Both the position numbers and the translations under genes were made by a program. A DNA stretch of 50,277 nt, taken from positions 1-50,277 of IMG/VR virus record IMGVR_UViG_3300037478_000184; one strand, 5' to 3'. Shown piece after piece: positions 1-5,073 of this stretch (the stretch's first letter is position 1; each line of letters starts with the position of its first letter). Below the pieces are notes generated by a model. That model was not told the DNA's origin and searched no databases. It saw nothing but the letters and a program-made list of their open reading frames with translations. The DNA is from a virus.

Positions 1-127
1 CGGATTCCAGGCCGTCGGTCGAGTAGTCGTAGCCGTCTCCGTAGACGAGGATTCGCATGTACCAGCGGTCCCATAATGCGCTCAGGCCGCCGTACGCTTT
101 CGCGGCGCTCGGTAGGTCCGGGCACTC
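1..127. repeat. Terminal overlap copy 1 (identical to 50151-50277); marks a circularly closed contig
   Basis: Read directly: nt 1-127 and nt 50151-50277 are the same 127-mer; unique sequence 50,150 bp. Confidence 0.95.
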
Positions 128-199
128 CCGTTGCACCACCGTCCGCGCCCTGATGCCGTCCACAACCTCGACGACGAAAGGCGCTCCGGGGGCGCTCAC
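1..199 (-). CDS. Hypothetical protein, N-terminal part of a 91-aa ORF that crosses the circular junction (199->1, then 50150->50074)
   Basis: GTG at 199 overlaps the upstream TGA (GTGA). Own translation VSAPGAPFVVEVVDGIRARTVVQRECPDLPSAAKAYGGLSALWDRWYMRILVYGDG... has high GC3. Absent from the ORF track because linearisation splits it. Confidence 0.55.
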   Translation of the reverse strand, partial: MSAPGAPFVVEVVDGIRARTVVQRECPDLPSAAKAYGGLSALWDRWYMRILVYGDGYDYSTDGLES

Positions 200-561
200 G
201 GGGTGGCCCCGGTTGCTTCCGCGATGGCGGCGCGCAGCCTGTTACATGCAGGAGAGCAATTGGTCGGCCGGTCTCCTGCCGCTGGGCAGCCGTAGTAGTG
301 GCCGTCCAGGCCGATCGTTCTTTGCAGCGTGAGAAGCATGCCCGCTACCGCCCCATCTTCCAGCGCCTCCGTAGGAATGCCCTCGCAGGCGTTCACGGCT
401 GCGGCGATTCGGCGGGCGTTGGCACGGTGGCCCACCAGCGCGCGATTCGAATCGTCGAAGCCGAGCCACGCCACCACGTCCGGCTCGTCGTCAGGACCGC
501 TGATTGACGTGACTCTGGCGCCCGCGAAGACCATCCACGGTTCTGCCGTGTGCCCGCTCAT
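196..561 (-). CDS. Hypothetical early protein (121 aa)
   Basis: ORF 196..750 trimmed to ATG 561 (MSGHTAEPWMVFAGARV...), ATGA overlap with the upstream gene. ANARRIAAAVNA resembles the ANARLIAAAP motif of small phage Ead/Ea22-like proteins (from memory). Confidence 0.75.
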   Translation of the reverse strand: MSGHTAEPWMVFAGARVTSISGPDDEPDVVAWLGFDDSNRALVGHRANARRIAAAVNACEGIPTEALEDGAVAGMLLTLQRTIGLDGHYYGCPAAGDRPTNCSPACNRLRAAIAEATGATP

Positions 562-710
562 CCCTCCCACCTCGCCAGCCCGAGCCGCGTCCAGTCCAGC
601 CGGGCGAGCCAGCGCACGGCCAACTCGGCGCACACGACGATCGCGAGGCCGAGCACGAACGCGGACGCGAAGAAGAGCGCGGCCCACCACGGGCCGGTGT
701 GCGCGATCAT
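558..710 (-). CDS. Small membrane protein (50 aa, one TM)
   Basis: MIAHTGPWWAALFFASAFVLGLAIVVCAEL...; ATGA overlaps at both ends. Confidence 0.65.
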   Translation of the reverse strand: MIAHTGPWWAALFFASAFVLGLAIVVCAELAVRWLARLDWTRLGLARWEG

Positions 711-922
711 GCCACGTACAGGGTGGACGCCACGCGCCCGCACTGCTCACATGCTGGGGTCCAGCCCATGGCCTTCGCCTCGGCTACCATCGGCGGCGTG
801 ATCGGCTCGATCGGCTGACCGCTGATGTCGCGCCCGGTGTACTTGGCGCTGGTTCCGAGGTGATCGCCGCAGTAGGCGGCGCCGTTGTCGGTCAGGTAGA
901 TGGTTTCGGCTTGGATCGTCAT
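707..922 (-). CDS. Hypothetical protein (71 aa, Cys-containing)
   Basis: MTIQAETIYLTDNGAAYCGDH...ACEQCG; GGGAGAGG Shine-Dalgarno about 9 nt upstream; first gene after the putative promoter at 957-985. Confidence 0.75.
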   Translation of the reverse strand: MTIQAETIYLTDNGAAYCGDHLGTSAKYTGRDISGQPIEPITPPMVAEAKAMGWTPACEQCGRVASTLYVA

Positions 923-956
923 GGGTGGGGACCTCTCCCGTCGAGATGGGGCGCGA

Positions 957-985
957 AGTATCTACCTAACGATACATCGCGTGAA
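957..985 (-). promoter_or_regulatory. Candidate sigma70-like promoter for the 922->196 operon (-35 TTCACG, 17-nt spacer, -10 GATACT on the minus strand)
   Basis: Hexamers read on the reverse complement (plus cgtgaa 980-985, agtatc 957-962); 4/6 match to each consensus box. Confidence 0.35.
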
Positions 986-991
986 CGATAC
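968..991. promoter_or_regulatory. Two direct AACGATAC repeats (968-975, 984-991) inside the promoter spacer; candidate operator half-sites
   Basis: Exact 8-mers 16 nt apart. The CGATA core recurs in the palindrome at 1287-1306 on the other side of the XRE gene. Confidence 0.45.
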
Positions 992-995
992 GCGC

Positions 996-1010
996 AAGGG
1001 GTCACCCCTT
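996..1010 (-). terminator. Hairpin AAGGGG-tca-CCCCTT abutting the XRE stop codon
   Basis: 6-bp GC stem read directly; no following T-run, so terminator function is uncertain. Confidence 0.3.
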
Positions 1011-1255
1011 CACGCCGCCACCTCCGACTCCGCGAACTCCGGGAACGCTTCGGCCAGCGTCAGCCCGTAGAGTACGGCGAGCGTCACGAGGTCGCGGCGC
1101 CGGACGCGGGTGCGGCCCTTCTCCAGTGCGCTATACGAGTGCTGCATGATGCCGAGCGCGTCGGCGCATTGCTGCTGCGTGACGTTGTGCTCGGCCCGCA
1201 GCTCGGTCATCCTCCGCGCGATTCGTGCGCGGTCCCGTTTACGTGTGAGCTTCAT
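1010..1255 (-). CDS. XRE/Cro-CI family helix-turn-helix regulator (81 aa)
   Basis: MKLTRKRDRARIARRMTELRAEHNVTQQQCADALGIMQHSYSALEKGRTRV... is a typical HTH_3 pattern (Q..lA..lG......s..E.G). ORF 1010..1411 trimmed to ATG 1255, with GGAGAAGAA upstream. Confidence 0.85.
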   Translation of the reverse strand: MKLTRKRDRARIARRMTELRAEHNVTQQQCADALGIMQHSYSALEKGRTRVRRRDLVTLAVLYGLTLAEAFPEFAESEVAA

Positions 1256-1275
1256 CCGGTTCTTCTCCGGCGGGG

Positions 1276-1327
1276 TTGTGTGTTCCGCTATCGACGGTAT
1301 GATAGCATCGCGTAGGCGATTCGGCAA
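1276..1327. promoter_or_regulatory. Divergent promoter pair with overlapping -10 boxes
   Basis: Plus strand: TTGTGT (1276-1281), 16 nt, TATGAT (1298-1303). Minus strand: TTGCCG (plus 1322-1327), 17 nt, TATCAT (plus 1299-1304). Confidence 0.4.
1287..1306. promoter_or_regulatory. Palindrome GCTATC-N8-GATAGC covering both -10 boxes; candidate operator
   Basis: Perfect 6-bp inverted arms read directly. Confidence 0.5.
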
Positions 1328-1329
1328 AC

Positions 1330-1515
1330 GTGCGCATTCGCTTCGGCTCGATGGTCGTGCTGCTCTTGCAGCTCGCCGTGGCCTCGATCCCGGCGGCCAT
1401 CGTACTGGCATTCACAGGCGCCGTGCTGGCGGTCGTGTTCGGTGAGCTGATGGCGCTCTTGGATGCGGCGGCCCAGTTCGGCGAGCCCCCCGCGGTTGGC
1501 CCATCGAGGCGATAG
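1330..1515 (+). CDS. Small hydrophobic protein (61 aa from GTG 1330, or 54 aa from ATG 1351), divergent from the XRE gene
   Basis: MVVLLLQLAVASIPAAIVLAFTGAVLAVVFGEL...; hand-counted GC3 about 85 percent, which is coding-like; no clear SD. Confidence 0.5.
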   Translation: MRIRFGSMVVLLLQLAVASIPAAIVLAFTGAVLAVVFGELMALLDAAAQFGEPPAVGPSRR

Positions 1516-1519
1516 CGCC

Positions 1520-2113
1520 CTACCGCACCACCGCCTCGATAGCCTTGCCCAGCGAGTAGCCCACCGCGGCCGCGACCACTCGCTCGCCCCAAGTCTCGAA
1601 GAGCCCGCGCGAGCGCGTGTCGCCCGCAGCCGCCTCCAGCGAGCCGATCAGATCATCGCGCACCGCAAGCGCCCGGTCGCGCTCGGCGATCTGCCCGGCC
1701 TGGCTGCGGATCACGGAATCCTGGGCCGCCATCGCCTGGCGCAGCGCGCTCACCTCGCCAGCGTGCTCGGCCTCCAGCTCGGCCACCGCCGCCCGGATCG
1801 CGGTCGTGTCCGGCGCATGCACGATGCGCTCGACGATCTGCGGGCGCCTGCGAGCGGACGCCTCGGCCACGGAATCGGCCCGTGAACGTGCCTGGCGGGC
1901 TTCGGCCGCTGCGTGGACCGCCTGAGAGTCCGCGCGCGCTCTGGCGGCGTCCTGGGCCTCGACGACGGTGCGCAGCGAGTCGGCACGGGCTGTCGCGACC
2001 TCGGCGCGGCCCTGAGCCACCAGCCGGTCGCGCCATTGATCGACGGCGAGCCAGCTCGTGACGCCGCTGATGGCGACCAGGGCTAGCGGCCAGAGGCGGA
2101 GGGCGGCCCTCAT
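1520..2113 (-). CDS. Rz-like i-spanin candidate (197 aa: N-terminal TM plus long coiled coil)
   Basis: ORF 1520..2575 trimmed to ATG 2113: MRAALRLWPLALVAISGVTSWLAVDQW, then Ala/Arg/Glu/Gln-rich helix. Lies downstream of the amidase. No lipobox. Confidence 0.6.
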   Translation of the reverse strand: MRAALRLWPLALVAISGVTSWLAVDQWRDRLVAQGRAEVATARADSLRTVVEAQDAARARADSQAVHAAAEARQARSRADSVAEASARRRPQIVERIVHAPDTTAIRAAVAELEAEHAGEVSALRQAMAAQDSVIRSQAGQIAERDRALAVRDDLIGSLEAAAGDTRSRGLFETWGERVVAAAVGYSLGKAIEAVVR

Positions 2114-2135
2114 GGTTGACCCGCCCACTGTCGAG

Positions 2136-2354
2136 ATGCATCTTGGGCGCATGGGGAAACTGCACACGCTCCGCCGGGCGATCGAACGCGAGCCGCACAA
2201 GTGGGGGGGGCGGTCGGTGACGGGCGCGAGCCGGGATCGTCGCGGCGAATGGGCGCCCTGCCGGCGGTACGGATACCGTAAGTACCGCAGTTTCGTCCGG
2301 CATGTACTGGAAGAGCTCGCCGAGGTAGGCAACGCCGATGAGGGGCCGAGATGA
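2136..2354 (+). CDS. Possible small basic protein (72 aa)
   Basis: MHLGRMGKLHTLRRAIEREPHKWGG...YRSFVRHVLEELAEVG. GC3 only about 78 percent, the opposite-strand frame scores similarly, and there is no clear SD or promoter. Confidence 0.25.
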   Translation: MHLGRMGKLHTLRRAIEREPHKWGGRSVTGASRDRRGEWAPCRRYGYRKYRSFVRHVLEELAEVGNADEGPR

Positions 2355-2442
2355 GTCGGCCGGGGTGATTCCCGGAACGCTCTGCTCGGAAGATGGCCGG
2401 TTGATCGCGGCCACAACGCGGGTTCGAGTCCCGCCCTCGGAG
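2319..2442 (+). other. tRNA-like element: perfect T-arm plus acceptor-like helix, but non-canonical length and no anticodon loop
   Basis: GCGGG-TTCGAGT-CCCGC at 2418-2434, then CCTCGGA. Complementary GCCGAGG-TA at 2319-2327. The enclosed span is about 124 nt. Confidence 0.3.
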
Positions 2443-2450
2443 GCTTCCAG

Positions 2451-2951
2451 TCACGCACCCTCCGGCCGGAACCCCGCCAGCATCGCGTACACCAGATCGC
2501 CCGGACACGTCGTCGAGCCCACGTCCCGATGGCCCTGGAGCGTGTAGGCCTCGGCGATGTAGCCGAGCCGCACACCGTCCTCGATCAGCCAGCGCACGGA
2601 GTCGATGGCGTCTTTCGTGGGCTCGTGCTGCTGCCCGTCGATGGCGAGCGCGATGCCGTAGGTGGTCGAGTTGTGGCCGTGGGCATGGGCTGCGATCCGT
2701 TCCCAGCCGCGGCCCTCGAAGATTCGCCCGGACTGAAAGACGATCCAGTGATACCCAATGCCCGCCCAGCCGTTGACCTCGACGTGGTGCCGCTCGACGC
2801 CCTGGATCGCGGCCACCTCCGCAGCCCCGCCAGCACCGCAGGCGACGTGGGGCACGCCGAAATGGTGAATCACGACGCCCTCGCGCGCGCCGCGCAGCTC
2901 GGTCCCGCGCCCGTGCTGGGCGCCCCACTCGGCGCGGCTGATCACGTGCAC
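2451..2951 (-). CDS. Endolysin, N-acetylmuramoyl-L-alanine amidase (PGRP/Amidase_2, T7-lysozyme-like)
   Basis: VIHHFG...GIGYHWIV...HNSTTYGIAL...GHRDVGSTTCPG; GTG start 1 nt after the preceding stop. Confidence 0.85.
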   Translation of the reverse strand: MHVISRAEWGAQHGRGTELRGAREGVVIHHFGVPHVACGAGGAAEVAAIQGVERHHVEVNGWAGIGYHWIVFQSGRIFEGRGWERIAAHAHGHNSTTYGIALAIDGQQHEPTKDAIDSVRWLIEDGVRLGYIAEAYTLQGHRDVGSTTCPGDLVYAMLAGFRPEGA

Positions 2952-2952
2952 G

Positions 2953-3096
2953 TCAGACCGCCGCGTAGCACGCGATCAGCAGCGCGCATCCCGGCACCGA
3001 TGCGGCCATCGGGACGTTGGCGAAGTGCTCCAGCATCCAACACGCCGCGAGCACGAGAAGGAACAGCACCAGCGTCAGGATGAGTTTGTTCTGCAT
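2953..3096 (-). CDS. Small membrane protein (47 aa) with lipobox-like LAAC; holin/antiholin or small lipoprotein
   Basis: ORF 2953..3393 trimmed to ATG 3096 (GGAGAA SD): MQNKLILTLVLFLLVLAACWMLEHFANVPMAASVPGCALLIACYAAV. Confidence 0.6.
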   Translation of the reverse strand: MQNKLILTLVLFLLVLAACWMLEHFANVPMAASVPGCALLIACYAAV

Positions 3097-3116
3097 GGTA
3101 TTCTCCGTTGGAAGGG

Positions 3117-3464
3117 TCAGTCCTCCGTACGCAGTCTCAGCGCCTTCTTGAATACGTCTTTGCCCATCGCGATTGCCAGCGTGGTGACGACCAGCGCGAC
3201 GAACGGCCAGGTGATGCCCGGCCCGTCCCGGCACGTCATCGCGTCTTGCGGCCCGAAGCACGTCGGCTGCGTCAATTGGAAGCCCCACCACAGCTCGGCT
3301 GCGAGCGCGAAGAAGAAGCCCCACGCCGACAGGACCTTGGAATTCGCGGGCCGCCCGTCCGGTGCGTATAGGTCCAGCCAGTAGTAGACCCACGGCAGGG
3401 CGCCGTCCCGCAGCCTCGGGTGCTGGTCAGACGCGAGCCGGACGCGCTCGACGGGCTCGCTCAT
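3117..3464 (-). CDS. Holin candidate (115 aa, two TM segments, charged C-terminus)
   Basis: VLSAWGFFFALAAELWWGFQL and ITWPFVALVVTTLAIAMG, then KDVFKKALRLRTED; lies just upstream of the endolysin. Confidence 0.6.
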   Translation of the reverse strand: MSEPVERVRLASDQHPRLRDGALPWVYYWLDLYAPDGRPANSKVLSAWGFFFALAAELWWGFQLTQPTCFGPQDAMTCRDGPGITWPFVALVVTTLAIAMGKDVFKKALRLRTED

Positions 3465-3775
3465 TCGGCTGTGTCCTCGCGGCGCGCGATCTCTTCACGG
3501 TAGCGCTCGATGCGGCCGTGCAGCTTGTCGACCACCTCGCGGTACTCGTCGCTCATGCGGTCCCGCAGGATTTTCTCGATCAAAGCCACGTGCGCCTCCA
3601 GGTCGTGCATCTGGTCGCGCTTCATGCTCGTGATGTTGCCGTTCGTGTCCCTGGAAATCTGCTTCAACCGCTTCGCGTGCCGCGCTTGCTGGACGGCGAT
3701 ATAGCCCAGCGGCACAACAAGAATTGCCATCGACACGACCAAGTAAATCCACGCGCCTGCGTTCGAGCTGCTCAT
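3461..3775 (-). CDS. Type II membrane protein with coiled coil (104 aa)
   Basis: MSSSNAGAWIYLVVSMAILVVPLGYIAV, then a charged helical region; TGATG/ATGA junctions. Confidence 0.7.
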   Translation of the reverse strand: MSSSNAGAWIYLVVSMAILVVPLGYIAVQQARHAKRLKQISRDTNGNITSMKRDQMHDLEAHVALIEKILRDRMSDEYREVVDKLHGRIERYREEIARREDTAE

Positions 3776-4428
3776 CAGTTCGCCCACGGCGTGTTGGGCA
3801 CGAGCGGACTCAGCCCGAAGCGGAGATTGTCCTGCCGCACCCGCGCATATTCACGAGCCTGTGCGCGCGCCAGTGTCCGGGCCTTCGCCGAGCGCTCGCG
3901 CAGCACCTCGAAGAACGCCAGCCACGCCAACACCCTCGCGCCCTGGTACGCCCAGAACCAGGGCCAGAACGCGTCGGTGCGCAGGTTCGCGACCATCGGG
4001 TAGTACAGGGCGCTCGCGAACCCGAAATACAGCACGATCGGACACGCGAGCCCGTGCCTCCCGTCCAGCGCGTAGACGAGCACCGCCGCACTCCCGAGCG
4101 CCGTGATCCAGATATCCGGCGTCGACCCCAGCGCGAACATGTCGTACAGCGCCAGCGCGGTGAGTCCGGTCCACAGGCGTAGTAGGTGGCCATGCGGGGC
4201 GACCACATGGAGCGCGAGCCCGATCTGCACCGGGAGCCACAGATAGGACGGCCACCACGGCGTTCCGGCCGCCATGCCCGCGACCTCGCCGGCGAACGAT
4301 ACGCCGAACGCGGCCGCGAGCCACCAAGCCCCCGCCGGTAGATGCTGCCGGAAGAGCCACGCGCACAGCAGTGGTCCGAGCGAGGCCCATACCAGCGGGT
4401 CGGACGCCCGAGCGAGAAGCTCAGTCAC
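3775..4428 (-). CDS. Polytopic membrane protein (217 aa, about 6 TM)
   Basis: Repeated hydrophobic stretches rich in W, L and A, with a basic C-terminal tail; GTG start. Confidence 0.75.
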   Translation of the reverse strand: MTELLARASDPLVWASLGPLLCAWLFRQHLPAGAWWLAAAFGVSFAGEVAGMAAGTPWWPSYLWLPVQIGLALHVVAPHGHLLRLWTGLTALALYDMFALGSTPDIWITALGSAAVLVYALDGRHGLACPIVLYFGFASALYYPMVANLRTDAFWPWFWAYQGARVLAWLAFFEVLRERSAKARTLARAQAREYARVRQDNLRFGLSPLVPNTPWAN

Positions 4429-4675
4429 CGGGGCAATCGGGCGGGCAGATCTTCACGAAGTTCTCGCCCTCGTGTCCCTCTTCGTGCACCTGCGTTGCGA
4501 TGCCCTCGATCTCCACGTCCCACGCGGGCCGCGGCCCGTCCTTGCTGAACCCCTTCGGCGCCAGCCAAAAGGTCACGTTTTCTCGCCCGTGTTGCTCTAC
4601 CGCGTCGAGAAACTTCCCCATGTGCACGGCGTCGATTCCGTACATCTTCGGTTGCCCGCCCGCTGCGTCTGCCAT
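4421..4675 (-). CDS. Hypothetical protein (84 aa)
   Basis: ORF 4421..4765 trimmed to ATG 4675: MADAAGGQPKMYGIDAVHMGKFLDAVEQHG...HEEGHEGENFVKICPPDCPGD. Confidence 0.65.
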   Translation of the reverse strand: MADAAGGQPKMYGIDAVHMGKFLDAVEQHGRENVTFWLAPKGFSKDGPRPAWDVEIEGIATQVHEEGHEGENFVKICPPDCPGD

Positions 4676-4706
4676 CGTGCCCTCCCGAGTTGAAGAATGA
4701 TACCGC

Positions 4707-5069
4707 CTACCTACTCGCACACTCCTGTTGCATCGCCCGGCTGATTGTGCCGCTCTGGTCCGCACGCAGCAGGCACACCTCCCGGTCGATGCGCGCGACC
4801 CGGTTGCCCAGCCGAGCCAGGTCCGCGCGGTCGATCAGCGCTTGCATGCTCGCGATCGCACTGCCGTTCGTGGCCGCCGTCGCGCGCACGGTCGCCAGGT
4901 CCGATTCCAGATTCGCAGCTCGTCGATTGAGCGCGTCCATGTCGTCGCGCAGACCCATCGACCCCAGGGCGAAGCCGAAGCCCAGCATGATCGCAGACAC
5001 GCCCACCATAGCGAGCACGCCGCGGTGGAATTCGCTCATGCCCGAGAAGATGGAATCGACGGATTTCAC
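4707..5069 (-). CDS. Membrane-anchored coiled-coil protein (120 aa)
   Basis: VLAMVGVSAIMLGFGFALG, then LESDLATVRATAATNGSAIASMQALIDRADLARL... Confidence 0.7.
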   Translation of the reverse strand: MKSVDSIFSGMSEFHRGVLAMVGVSAIMLGFGFALGSMGLRDDMDALNRRAANLESDLATVRATAATNGSAIASMQALIDRADLARLGNRVARIDREVCLLRADQSGTISRAMQQECASR

Positions 5070-5073
5070 GGGG

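Noticed and set aside
1653-2414. 253-aa minus-strand ORF overlapping the Rz-like gene out of frame, considered as an embedded or overlapping o-spanin
   Set aside because: It has no signal peptide or lipobox Cys. The overlapping part is Arg/Gly/Pro-rich. It starts upstream of the Rz-like gene and ends inside it, which is the reverse of known Rz1 arrangements.
2319-2442. Calling this a bona fide tRNA gene (tRNA-Leu-like) or an opal suppressor
   Set aside because: The cloverleaf cannot be completed. The span is about 124 nt, there is no 7-nt anticodon loop and no recognisable D-arm, and positions 1 and 72 of the acceptor helix are mismatched (G opposite A). No TCA triplet is present to read UGA. 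It is kept only as a tRNA-like element.
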